Shown piece after piece: positions 26,473-38,834 of a stretch of 64,000 nt of DNA. Source of the stretch: Octopus bimaculoides (Eukaryota). Each line of letters begins with the position of its first letter. Position 1 is the stretch's first letter. The DNA lies in contig NC_068998.1 of the NCBI RefSeq assembly GCF_001194135.2, positions 2,830,939 through 2,894,938 on the forward strand, given 5' to 3'. Below the pieces are notes generated by a model that did no database searches, was not told where the DNA came from, and saw only the letters and a list, made by a program, of their open reading frames with translations. The position numbers and the translations under genes are program-made.

Positions 26473-29009
26473 NNNNNNNNNNNNNNNNNNNNNNNNNNNN
26501 NNNNNNNNNNNNNNNNNNNNNNNNNNNNNNNNNNNNNNNNNNNNNNNNNNNNNNNNNNNNNNNNNNNNNNNNNNNNNNNNNNNNNNNNNNNNNNNNNNNN
26601 NNNNNNNNNNNNNNNNNNNNNNNNNNNNNNNNNNNNNNNNNNNNNNNNNNNNNNNNNNNNNNNNNNNNNNNNNNNNNNNNNNNNNNNNNNNNNNNNNNNN
26701 NNNNNNNNNNNNNNNNNNNNNNNNNNNNNNNNNNNNNNNNNNNNNNNNNNNNNNNNNNNNNNNNNNNNNNNNNNNNNNNNNNNNNNNNNNNNNNNNNNNN
26801 NNNNNNNNNNNNNNNNNNNNNNNNNNNNNNNNNNNNNNNNNNNNNNNNNNNNNNNNNNNNNNNNNNNNNNNNNNNNNNNNNNNNNNNNNNNNNNNNNNNN
26901 NNNNNNNNNNNNNNNNNNNNNNNNNNNNNNNNNNNNNNNNNNNNNNNNNNNNNNNNNNNNNNNNNNNNNNNNNNNNNNNNNNNNNNNNNNNNNNNNNNNN
27001 NNNNNNNNNNNNNNNNNNNNNNNNNNNNNNNNNNNNNNNNNNNNNNNNNNNNNNNNNNNNNNNNNNNNNNNNNNNNNNNNNNNNNNNNNNNNNNNNNNNN
27101 NNNNNNNNNNNNNNNNNNNNNNNNNNNNNNNNNNNNNNNNNNNNNNNNNNNNNNNNNNNNNNNNNNNNNNNNNNNNNNNNNNNNNNNNNNNNNNNNNNNN
27201 NNNNNNNNNNNNNNNNNNNNNNNNNNNNNNNNNNNNNNNNNNNNNNNNNNNNNNNNNNNNNNNNNNNNNNNNNNNNNNNNNNNNNNNNNNNNNNNNNNNN
27301 NNNNNNNNNNNNNNNNNNNNNNNNNNNNNNNNNNNNNNNNNNNNNNNNNNNNNNNNNNNNNNNNNNNNNNNNNNNNNNNNNNNNNNNNNNNNNATATATA
27401 TATATATAGTTTTAGGGAAAATAACCAATTTTCAAGAACTCATCGATGAAAATCCACTATCACATATAGAAAATTAATATGTGTGTGTGTGTGTGTGTGA
27501 GTGTCTATATATATATATATATGTGGCTGTATAAGTTCCACAAACCCTATAACACATTTTCAAGAAAAATTATAAATTTACACATTCACACACATATGTA
27601 TCTATCATGGGATATGTGTATGTATATAAATATATATACACACAAGCTAATTGCTAGTGTGTTGTGTATATATGGCCAAGTAGATATATTATTTTGTAAG
27701 AAACTCTTGTTGTAATGTTTGTCTTCATTGACTCCTTGTGGCAAATGGATTGTTACATAATGATAATTAACATTATTATTGCCATGACCACCAGGATTAT
27801 TGCTTCCAATATGACTACTACTAGATATGTGATAATGTATATACATAACACACTAACAAAATGTCAATATAAACAGAAAACACACATATACACTCTCTCA
27901 CGCATACATTACATAAATATGGATACAAACAGAGACATTATACGCATGTATGAGTATATATAACTTTGTATACACAGACACACACACACACACACAAATG
28001 GGCTTGTATATACTTCTGTAGATAGATATACACACATGAATGTATGTATATAACAAAATGTCAATATAAACAGAATACACACATATACACTCACTCATAC
28101 AGACATCCATTACATGCATAAGTATATATATATATACAGAAACACATATATATATGTGGATAGATAGATAGATAGATAGATAGGTAGATAGATAGATAGA
28201 TAGATAGAAAGAAAGATGGATGGCTATATATATATATATATATATATACATATATATACTGTTCCAAGTGTATATAAAGTTTCTTACCTGATTCGTGTAA
28301 TATTTCTCCAGATCGGAAGGGAATAGAGTAGCCAACATATATAATATGTAGATATATATATATATATATATATGNNNNNNNNNNNNNNNNNNNNNNNNNN
28401 NNNNNNNNNNNNNNNNNNNNNNNNNNNNNNNNNNNNNNNNNNNNNNNNNNNNNNNNNNNNNNNNNNNNNNNNNNNNNNNNNNNNNNNNNNNNNNNNNNNN
28501 NNNNNNNNNNNNNNNNNNNNNNNNNNNNNNNNNNNNNNNNNNNNNNNNNNNNNNNNNNNNNNNNNNNNNNNNNNNNNNNNNNNNNNNNNNNNNNNNNNNN
28601 NNNNNNNNNNNNNNNNNNNNNNNNNNNNNNNNNNNNNNNNNNNNNNNNNNNNNNNNNNNNNNNNNNNNNNNNNNNNNTTATTATTATTATTGTTGTAGGT
28701 GGTTGGCGCACTGGTTAATGTACATCACTAAACAGCAGTCCTTCTCTCTCTCACACATATATGGTTAATTAGTCACAATATTAAGGCAATTTTGTTAATA
28801 TTCCGCCATAATTTTAATTGACTTTCTTCGCTCCTGTTCTTCGGTTTCCCCCCCGTTTTTCTTTGCTCAATTTTGCGGCACCACCGTCACTGCTGCTTCT
28901 GTTGTTGTTGTTGTTGTTGCTGTCGTCGTAGTTTGTGGTGGTGGTGGTGGTGGTGGTCGTCGTCGTCGTGGTTCTCTCCAACCCATCTCACCTGTGCCAG
29001 GTAAGACAA

Positions 29010-30040
29010 ATCTCACCCATTCTCTTTGTCTTTCTCTTTCTTTCACTCACGCTCACCCTTTTCGCCTTACTCTTCCCCGTCTTTTACTCTCTGTATCTCT
29101 CTTCCTTTCACCCTCTATCTCTACCACCTCCTTCTCTGTCTCATACACTTTCTAATCACCCTTCCTCTTATATCTCTCTCCCTTTACCGCTCTCATTTCA
29201 CCCCCCCTTTCTTTTTCATTTACCCTTTCTCTTATACTTTACTCTTCTCTCACTCTCTCACGTCACATCTTGTCTTCCGAGCTTTCCCTTCCACTTGTAT
29301 TTCTCACTCTCACTCATTTCACCCTCTCTCTGTCCAGCTCACCTTTCTCACTGACGTCTCTTTTCTCTCTTACACACATTTCACACCCCCTCTCTGTAAC
29401 TTAACCTTTCTCTTGTACCTCTCTCTTCCTCCCCCTCTCTCTCTATCTCACACACATCACACCCTCTCTTTCTAGCTTTCTCTCTTTCATTATACTTCCG
29501 TCATAAACTTCTCTCCATTTTACCATTTCTTCTTCCTTTACCTAATTCTCTTTCTGTTTCATTTCATTCGATATTTCTTTTCCCTCTGTTTCTCTGTCTC
29601 TCTATATCTCTCTCTTTCTCTGTCTCTCTACTTTGTTTTTACCTTTCTATATTTTCCTTTTTACCTCTCTCTACCTATCATTTATTTTCTATTTCTTTCA
29701 CTTCTTTTCTTCATCCCTTTCTCTCTATATATTTCTCTCTCTCTCTCTTTACCTCTATTTCTCATTCATTACTTTCAAATATTTTCTTCTTTCAGCCTTT
29801 TTCTTTCTTTTTCTTCTCCTCTCCCTCCCACTCTAGTTTTCATCTTAACTCTCTCCTCCTCCGTCCTTCCTCATTCTCTCCCTCTCGCTATCTTTCTCTG
29901 CTCACCACTCTTTCTTTTCCTCTCTACCTTTCTCTCATCTCTACCTCTCCCCTATTTTTACTATCCGTCTCTCTTTTCTCCTATCTCTATTTCCCCTTGT
30001 AGTTCTCCCACCCTCACTCTTCTCCTCATTCATTTCACAC
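29010..30040 (+). repeat. About 1 kb polypyrimidine (CT-rich) tract
   Basis: Nearly G-free sequence on the + strand. Confidence 0.9.
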
Positions 30041-30109
30041 TCTGGTGCATTCACAAAACGAAACGAACCGCGTCCACACCGAAACGAAAAGATCATATAA
30101 ATTTACTGA

Positions 30110-30373
30110 ATGAACCAAGATCTACACAGCAGCAACAACAACAACAACCATACGATGCACTCAGCTGATAATGCTGCTCTGCAAAACACCACCTCGGTGA
30201 CTGCAACGATTGCTCTTACAATAACAACAACAACAACAACTGAAACGAACCAACTCGGGACCCGCTATGCGGTCACTGGACCAGCTAAAAATAGAAGTCA
30301 AATCTCTCCCATGTCTCATTCTACCGTCTCGGGAGAAGAAAAAATCATATTGGATAACCGTAGCCTGATGTAG
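30110..30373 (+). CDS. 87-aa ORF of unknown status
   Basis: CpG-containing ORF MNQDLHSSNNNNN...ILDNRSLM* directly after a 1 kb pyrimidine tract. No domain recognised. Confidence 0.25.
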   Translation: MNQDLHSSNNNNNHTMHSADNAALQNTTSVTATIALTITTTTTTETNQLGTRYAVTGPAKNRSQISPMSHSTVSGEEKIILDNRSLM

Positions 30374-32059
30374 TCCTTTAAAAGATGGGATGGTCGTAAC
30401 TGGAATGCTTTGGTCATGGGGCCAAATCACAAGATCACCGGATCTCTTGGGGTGGGGGTGGGGTTATGTTGGCTACCTTACTCCCGCACAGTTTGTGTCT
30501 AGGTCATATTTAGGTGTGTGTGTGTGTACTACGGACATGTGATTTGAATGCTACAGGAGGCCTAGGGGTGTCAGTTGACTGCGCCTGGGAATCCACCTGA
30601 AAATGTGATGACGGTTGCTTCTCATAAGACCCTGTAGAGGAGGTGCCTGAGAACTACCCACCAAAATCCTTACAGAAATACTGGGCAGAGAAAATGGATA
30701 TATATATGTGTGGTGGGGGTATGTATGTATGATATTCTTTTGGTGTATGACTACAATTTGAAAGAGGAAATATTAACAAATTTCGGTAATGTGCACGAGG
30801 ATGTGTCAAAGAGGCATCCATCCTACACTATTTTTGCACTTTTTCGTTTTTATTTTCATTTTTTTATTTTCGTTTTTTTTTTTTTCAAAGAATTTCTTCA
30901 GAGTCCTGTGTATTAAAAGCCAGGGATTGCGATTTTGCAAAAAAAAACAAAAGAAAGAAAAGAAAAATATATATATATAACAAGAAAAAAAATAAGAAAG
31001 AAAAGGGGAAAAAAGGTTTTCAAAGACATTTAATTCCTCTACAAAACAGATTTCTTTTTTTTCATTTTTGTTTCTTAATCTTTTTTTTTTTTTGGAGTTG
31101 AGGCATTGAGGGTGAAATTTGGGGTGGAATTCCATGTTTAAAACATGGAGAGTCTTGTGTTGAGGTTTTTTTTTTCATGTTTCAAAGTTTCAGTGCCAAT
31201 TCCTTATGACATTTTACCAATTTCAATCAGAGATTATTATTCTAAACAATGTCATATGTGTGTGTGTGTGTGTGTGTGTGTGAGAGAATATATATATATA
31301 CAGAGAGAGAGAAAGAGAGAGTTAGAGAGAGATAATCACACACACACACATAGATATATGTACATACATACATATATATATGTGTGTGTATATCCACTCA
31401 CACACACATATACATACTGACACTTATATGGAAGACTGGGATAAACTGCTCATTCCAAAATATGTATTCCATTGTTTCTTCACATATATTTTATTAAAAA
31501 AATATATTTTACTTCTATACATTTAAAAAAAAAATGTTCCTCTCCCTCTTTTTCAACCACTCTTCCTCTCTCTCTCACTATATATATATATGTGTGTGTG
31601 TGTATGTATATATTACATAATTGAATTGTATATATAATGCATGCAATAAATATAATATATACTGCATATATTATATATAATGTATATAATACATACACAC
31701 ATGTATATCTATGTATGTATATATGTGTGTATGTATGCAATGCATAAATTTAATATATTACAACTGTTTAAAAAGTTTTCCTTTAAACAGAAGCTTCTCT
31801 GTATGTATATAACAGTATAGTAAATATACATACATAATGCATATCATATGTATAATTCACACACTATATTACACATATAATATATCTATACATATATATA
31901 TATATTATACATGTATATAGATATCTAGTATCTATAGGCACAAGGCCTGAAATTTTGGGGGAGGGGGCCAGTCGATCACATCGTCCCCAGTACGCAACTG
32001 ATACTTAATTTATCGCCCCCCCCCTAAAAGGATGAAAGGCAAAGTCAACCTCAGCAGAT

Positions 32060-32257
32060 GCATTATGTATCACAACATGTATTTATACATGTGTGTGTGT
32101 GTATTATATATGCAGCATATATATATAGATATTACATAAGTATAATGTGTATATTTATATCACACACACACACATATATGTATATATACATATATGCATG
32201 TACACATACATGTGTATATATATCTATATACATGTATATTGTATATTCTTGTATATG

Positions 32258-32327
<70 letters not shown>

Positions 32328-32425
32328 CATACATATATATACACATACATATATATACATAATCACATGTACTAGATATATATATACATATTATGTATGC
32401 AATGCATATATATCAAATACATATA

Positions 32426-32456
<31 letters not shown>

Positions 32457-32520
32457 TTATGTATGTATATATAGCTAGATAGTGTGCATTATGTATATGT
32501 TTATATGTATATGCTCATAG
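32060..32520. repeat. (TA)n/(TG)n/(CA)n compound microsatellite, representative of dozens in the window
   Basis: Pure (TA)n at about 32263-32322. Comparable arrays at 540-720, 1260-1350, 5200-5320 (TAA/TGA/GAG), 6100-6190 (TATG), 45400-45830 (ACC), 55700-55910 (GAT/GGT) and 57735-57790. Confidence 0.95.
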
Positions 32521-33054
32521 CTACACAATCAGTCTCTTACACTCTCTCGCAGACAGACACACACACGCATTAACGCGCCCACACACTTAGACACACCTTT
32601 GGCGAATTAAGACGTTGAGTGAATTTAGTATAGCCATTTTGGAAACTACTTTACACATAATTCATTTCTACTACACAAAACACACACACACACACACACA
32701 TACAGAGGCTGGATAGTGGAGTTGGTAGACTGGGAAATTGGGGGAGAGGAGGATGATGAGAGATGAAGAGAGGGTGAGTGCGAGTGAGATTCAGATAGAG
32801 AGAGAAGAGTTCTCAAAATAGAGAAAAAGATATTTGGAGAGAAGGAGAGAGAGAGAAAGAAAGAGAAAGTAGATGTAAAAAGTAAATGGGATTCTTTCTA
32901 TCTCTCTATCTATTTATCTATCTACTTGTGTGTCTCTCCATAAATCTATATATCTATCTGTTATTGTCTCTCTTTCTATCTCAGTCTCTCTCTATTGCTC
33001 TTTTAAATACGTGTCTCTATCTTTCTGTATATTTCTATCTAGCACTCTCTCTCC

Positions 33055-33088
<34 letters not shown>

Positions 33089-34094
33089 GTATGTATGTGT
33101 GCGAGTGTGTGTGTGTATATATATANNNNNNNNNNNNNNNNNNNNNNNNNNNNNNNNNNNNNNNNNNNNNNNNNNNNNNNNNNNNNNNNNNNNNNNNNNN
33201 NNNNNNNNNNNNNNNNNNNNNNNNNNNNNNNNNNNNNNNNNNNNNNNNNNNNNNNNNNNNNNNNNNNNNNNNNNNNNNNNNNNNNNNNNNNNNNNNNNNN
33301 NNNNNNNNNNNNNNNNNNNNNNNNNNNNNNNNNNNNNNNNNNNNNNNNNNNNNNNNNNNNNNNNNNNNNNNNNNNNNNNNNNNNNNNNNNNNNNNNNNNN
33401 NNNNNNNNNNNNNNNNNNNNNNNNNNNNNNNNNNNNNNNNNNNNNNNNNNNNNNNNNNNNNNNNNNNNNNNNNNNNNNNNNNNNNNNNNNNNNNNNNNNN
33501 NNNNNNNNNNNNNNNNNNNNNNNNNNNNNNNNNNNNNNNNNNNNNNNNNNNNNNNNNNNNNNNNNNNNNNNNNNNNNNNNNNNNNNNNNNNNNNNNNNNN
33601 NNNNNNNNNNNNNNNNNNNNNNNNNNNNNNNNNNNNNNNNNNNNNNNNNNNNNNNNNNNNNNNNNNNNNNNNNNNNNNNNNNNNNNNNNNNNNNNNNNNN
33701 NNNNNNNNNNNNNNNNNNNNNNNNNNNNNNNNNNNNNNNNNNNNNNNNNNNNNNNNNNNNNNNNNNNNNNNNNNNNNNNNNNNNNNNNNNNNNNNNNNNN
33801 NNNNNNNNNNNNNNNNNNNNNNNNNNNNNNNNNNNNNNNNNNNNNNNNNNNNNNNNNNNNNNNNNNNNNNNNNNNNNNNNNNNNNNNNNNNNNNNNNNNN
33901 NNNNNNNNNNNNNNNNNNNNNNNNNNNNNNNNNNNNNNNNNNNNNNNNNNNNNNNNNNNNNNNNNNNNNNNNNNNNNNNNNNNNNNNNNNNNNNNNNNNN
34001 NNNNNNNNNNNNNNNNNNNNNNNNNNNNNNNNNNNNNNNNNNNNNNNNNNNNNNNNNNNNNNNNNNNNNNNNATATAGTATATATGTATATATG

Positions 34095-34140
<46 letters not shown>

Positions 34141-34145
34141 TATAC

Positions 34146-34183
<38 letters not shown>

Positions 34184-34389
34184 ATATGTGCAGGTTAATG
34201 TAAATATATATATATATAAAGTAGAAAACCTAAACAAAAATTGTTTGAAGTATAAATGTCAACACACAAAAAAAATACATTTAATCGGGGATCAATCAGG
34301 CTGAACTTCATTAAATCCTGCATAAGAAACTCGTGGCCATATTCTTTAATAAATCAACCAGTTTAAAGAAATACGACAGACAAGGTTCA

Positions 34390-34785
34390 GTGACATGCTG
34401 GTTGTATGGATAAGAAGCTTTCATGTTTTCTGGTTCAGTTCCACTTCACAGCACCCTCTACTATAGCACTCAACTGAATGACGCCTTGTAGGTTGATGTG
34501 GTAGATGGAAACTGTGTGAAACCCTGTCAAATATATTTGTGTGTGTGTGTGTGTGTGCGCGCGCATTTGTGTCTGTGTTTGTCTTGTCCTCTCACCACTG
34601 CTTCACAACTGGTGTTGGTTTGTTCACATTCTATGACAGAATAATTTGACAAAAACATCAATAGAAGAAATACAAGACTTATAAAAAGTACCGGTAATCG
34701 ATTTGTTCAACAAATCTCTTCAAAACTGGTGCCCCAGCATGGCCACAATCCAATGACTGAAACAAATGATAAAAGATTAGATATG
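34390..34785 (+). mobile_element. OR/CORE-like SINE, diverged
   Basis: Head ggttgtatggataagaagcttt, middle and tail ggtgccccagcatggccacaatccaatgactgaaac. Confidence 0.8.
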
Positions 34786-34809
34786 TGTGTGTGCATGCAT
34801 CACGTGAAA

Positions 34810-35157
34810 AGTACTCATGCAGGTGCCACATTAAGGGCATGAATGACCATCGGATTGCACCTAGAAAGTTACCCTCTGAGGCACAAGTCTGGGCAAGGTT
34901 GTTTATGGAAGACCAGCAGTCACCCATGCATACCAGCCTCCCTTCTCCACACCACTGATGTTATCCATGGGAAAGGCAAAGACTGATACAGCTTGGCACC
35001 AGTGATGTCGCAACTCATTTCTACAGCTGAGTGAACTGGAACAATGTGAAATAAAGTGTTTTGCTCAAGAACACAACACGCAGCCCGGTCCGGGAATCGA
35101 ACTCACAACCTCATGATCGTAAGCTCAACGCTCCAACCACTGAGCCATGCGCCTTCA
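34810..35157 (-). mobile_element. tRNA-derived SINE of a second type (V/Meta-domain-like)
   Basis: Minus strand ggcgcatggctcagtggttggagcg...gttcgattccc (A and B boxes), then gtgttgtgttcttgagcaaaacactttatttcacattgttccagttcactcagctg. Related copies at 61605-61805(+) and 63255-63490(+). Confidence 0.85.
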
Positions 35158-35560
35158 CTGGGATGAGGTGGTGAAGCACGATCTTTGAACCTTAGGCCTC
35201 ACCGAGGCAATGACCAGTGACCGTGACCCTTGGAAATATGCAGTACGTGAGAAGACCCAGCAAGGCAAGTGAGAGCATAATCTGTGAGCCAGCTCACTAA
35301 TCCGTATCTTTACTTTACTTCATTGGACACTAAAAACCCTGCTTGCGAAGACCTGTTGAGGCAAGTGAATTTGGAATTTGGAATTTGGAATTTGAATCTG
35401 AAATTGAAATCGAACCGAATCCGACGACTGGCACCCATACCAACCTCTCCTTCATTGGACACTAAACTCTGCTTGCGAAGACCTGTTGGGGCAAGTGAAA
35501 TCGAAATTGAACCATACTCGATGACTGCTCACCGCGCCAGTGGATCACTAACAGCACTGT
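35158..35560 (+). mobile_element. RTE-clade LINE 3' end fragment
   Basis: WDEVVKHDL*TLGLTEAMTSDRDPWKYAVREKTQQGK* is the RTE-type ORF2 C-terminus. It is followed by a 3' UTR containing a duplicated ~50-nt unit (ttcattggacactaaa...gaagacctgttg.ggcaagtgaa). Confidence 0.8.
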
Positions 35561-35685
35561 CGAGCGTGTTCATGCTTTCTTGGAAGCTTCTAGAATGAAT
35601 GGTCACCAAGGAAGGTCACTGTGATTGGAACCCATGACTTCTGCCAGTCATAAATAAGGCAATAACAAAATCTGTTTGATCTACA

Positions 35686-35798
35686 GATGAAAGGTAAAGT
35701 CGACCTTGGTGGAATTTGAACTCAGAACACACAAGCAGATGAAATGCCGCTAAAATTTTATCCCAGCATGTTAACAGTTCAGCCAGCTCACCGCCTTA
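35686..35798 (-). mobile_element. Nin/Deu-domain-type SINE head
   Basis: Minus strand aaggcggtgagctggc...gttctgagttcaaattccaccaaggtcgactttacctttcatc. Other copies at 13735-13840(-), 31933-32058(-), 38660-38740(-), 46780-47000(-), 50355-50500(+), 52290-52420(+). Domain naming is from memory. Confidence 0.8.
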
Positions 35799-36494
35799 TT
35801 TCTATCAATAAATATATTAAACATTCATGAGTTTGCTTTATTTATGATAACACGCAGCCAGCAAGTCCACACAACAATGGTCTCTATCCAATTCACACCA
35901 ACTCCAACAGCCACTACTCATGGCAATGTTGGTGTGGGTTTTGTAGTTGTTGCTGCTGTTGTTATAATCATTGTTCTGGTCGTTACTGCTATAGTTGTTG
36001 TTGCTGAGGTGGTGGTGGCGAATGCTGTTAACCCTAGGCCAACTTCTGATTAAAAGTATTTCACACATGACCATCCCATCTTCTTAAATGGTATCTAGGA
36101 CCGCAATATTACCCAATACACTCTTCGATGGCAGGGTGTGATTTGAGAGAAATTCCGTTACTATTTCTATACAAGTCGAGCGACCACATGCAGGAAAAGA
36201 AGAAACTTAGAGAGAAGTTTAACATGAAATAACTTGCAATGTAGAAATTTTTGTTAAGAAGGCTAAGAGAAAAAGATGTTTTATATGACACATTCTACCA
36301 GTTTGAAAGTGTTTCGTTAAGAAAACAAGTGGTGCCCGTCAATTCAGAAAGATCCCTTCCTTCCATGATAACGTTTTCCAAACCTCTGCTTGTAAGGGTC
36401 TCGTAACATTCTCCCATTCACCCACGTTTCAAATGCATTGATTATATTCCCTTCGTATTTGTTCAGAGCCCATGCCTCGCAACCACAAACGCCT

Positions 36495-36726
36495 ATTGGC
36501 CAAATGGATGCTCACACAAGCCTTGCTTACAATTTAGTCGAGACATTTTTGCTGTTCAGTCGGATATTTCGTGATAAAATAGAAACAGGTTGTATATTAT
36601 TCTTGAAGTGTTGCCATTTGAAAACACTAAGGGAATTATAAAAGCAAAGCGTTGTGGGGGGAGGGAGAAAGAAAGAAAGAATGTAGATAGAAAAGAAGAA
36701 AGACGTTAACAGATTTTGGCGGGAAA
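36495..36726. promoter_or_regulatory. E2F plus CCAAT promoter-like region
   Basis: TTTTGGCGGGAAA (36714-36726) is a textbook E2F site. ATTGG (reverse CCAAT) at 36495. Elevated CpG content. Confidence 0.5.
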
Positions 36727-36893
36727 CGCTGGTTTTAGCCAAATAGTTTGTTACAGATTCAAGGCGAGATAAAGATATTTGATTAGTCAGTATATTCAAG
36801 TGAAGACACCCACCTTGTTTTCTGTTTTATTTGTTCGTTTACGTGTTGTTGCTGATTTGTATTTTTTAAAACTGCCGTGAACATTAAACAGCA

Positions 36894-36924
<31 letters not shown>

Positions 36925-36988
36925 TAACAATAAAAAAAACAGCTACCTACGACCACCAAACATCAACATCATTATACACGGCAGTCAG
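36727..36988 (+). other. Putative non-coding first exon
   Basis: Ends at a perfect donor CAG|GTGAGT (36989). A good acceptor tttcgtttactgcag follows at 37511. The start is approximate. Confidence 0.4.
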
Positions 36989-37847
36989 GTGAGTCAACCC
37001 CGACGAATTTATCAAAACTAATGTGTCATCATCATATGGAGACACTATTAGAATGATGGGAGGGAGTAGACGGGAGGGAGGGAGTGAGAAGAAGAGAGAA
37101 AGGAAGAAAGACGGTGTCGAGACATGTATAGGAAGTAGATGGAGATGGGGGAATAACGAAACCAGCCAACGTCAGTGACTACCTCCCATAAATGGGACAA
37201 GAACGCAAAATATCCAGACAGGTGAAACAAAAAAGGGACAAAATATCCAGACAGACGATAGAAGGAAAACAAGGACGGGTCATTCGGAGTTTTCTATCAT
37301 ATATATATACATATACATACATACATACATACACACACATATATATATATATCAAATAATAGTTTGTATGCATTGATATCTTTGTTCAAGTATTTTATAT
37401 TTATCTAATCGTGTGTGTGTGTGTGTTGATGGTCGCGGAATATTTCTACACAGCTGTTGATGGGTTGACAAAGTATTTTCTATGATTCATGACAAATTTC
37501 GTTTACTGCAGGATTTGTTGAGTCACAACACGCATACCCAGGAAACATTCTTGCAACATGAGCAGATAACACCTTTTGACAATCGAAACGATCGATCGAT
37601 CAGTCAGCTAGAAACAGCTGCAAGTCCCCCCTCAAATCACACCCCATACCACCTGAACTCTTTACCTGTCCAAAGCACTTTTATGTATTCTTCCTAAACG
37701 TCTTTGCTTGTTGTCAGACTTCTAGTTAGCACTTGTTTCATGCGTTCTGAATTACATAAAGCTCCCTTTCATAAGTATTAAGTTAGTTTAGTTTAGAAAT
37801 AATACATTTCTAAATCTCTCAGAGAAATTTAGGCAGTAGTGATACGA

Positions 37848-38106
37848 TGAAGTAGTTGTATGCTGTCAACTTAATGTGACAGTCTCCTGAAGGGAATATT
37901 GACTGATGACGAGCAAAGACTCAGAAACATGGCTCTGGATGCAGGCTTAGCCGGGTGGAGGTGCTTGTCTCCCCCTTGTAAACATAAGGACACAGGAAAT
38001 GTGTCAAAACCGACAGGAAGCTGTGCAGCTTCCTAGGTCTAGCCAACAGTAGTATTATTCCCTTCAGGGGACTGTCACATTAAGTTGACAGCATACAACT
38101 ACGTCA
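37848..38106. mobile_element. About 260-bp element with near-perfect 47-bp inverted repeats
   Basis: 37852-37898 vs 38056-38102 match at 46/47 as inverted repeats. Internal hairpins include aggaagctg-tg-cagcttcct (38015-34). Confidence 0.85.
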
Positions 38107-38776
38107 CTTTAGTTGTTGAAAAAATTGGGAATGCGTATCATATTTCATACATGGCTTCCATGGAAATATGTCCTGTATATCACAAGAGCGTCAATTGTTT
38201 TTAATAGAAGCACATCGTCGTCGTTTAACGTCCGCTTTTCATTCTGGCATGGGTTGGACGGTTTGACTGAGGACTGTCAAGCCGGGAGGCTGCACCAGAC
38301 ACCAATCTCATCTGGCAAGGTTTCTACAGCTGGATGCCCTTCTTAATGCCAACCACTCCGAGAGTGTAGTGGGTTCTTTTTCACATCCCACCGACACGGG
38401 AGCCTGTCAGGCGGCACTGCCATCGACCACGCTCGAATGGAGCTTTTTACGTGCCAGCCAGGCGGCACTGGCATCGAAAGTTAGAAATTTTGATGGAGGG
38501 AGTTAGGGTATCATTTTACTATAACACCCGTCTCACAGAAGGAAACAACCACCCTTACCCTCACCCTTTCCTTTCTATATGAGGTAATGATAGATATTCC
38601 GGAAGTCCGCCGATCAGAATTTGAGATGGATGTAATAGCAAAAAATTAACCGGAATTTGTTGATTATATCGGCGAACCAGAATTTAGCTGGTATTTATTT
38701 TATAGTCCCTGAAAGGATGAAGAGTAAAGTTCAGGGGGTATAGAGCCCGGAGAGAAAAAAATACCTACATATCTAT

Positions 38777-38834
<58 letters not shown>

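Noticed and set aside
27854-28105. About 50-nt direct repeat with a 197-nt period
   Set aside because: A local duplication within low-complexity DNA, with no sign of function.
35083-35153. tRNA-like sequence with good A and B boxes (minus strand)
   Set aside because: The acceptor and anticodon stems do not pair properly, and it continues directly into a SINE body found elsewhere in the window. It is a SINE head, not a tRNA gene.
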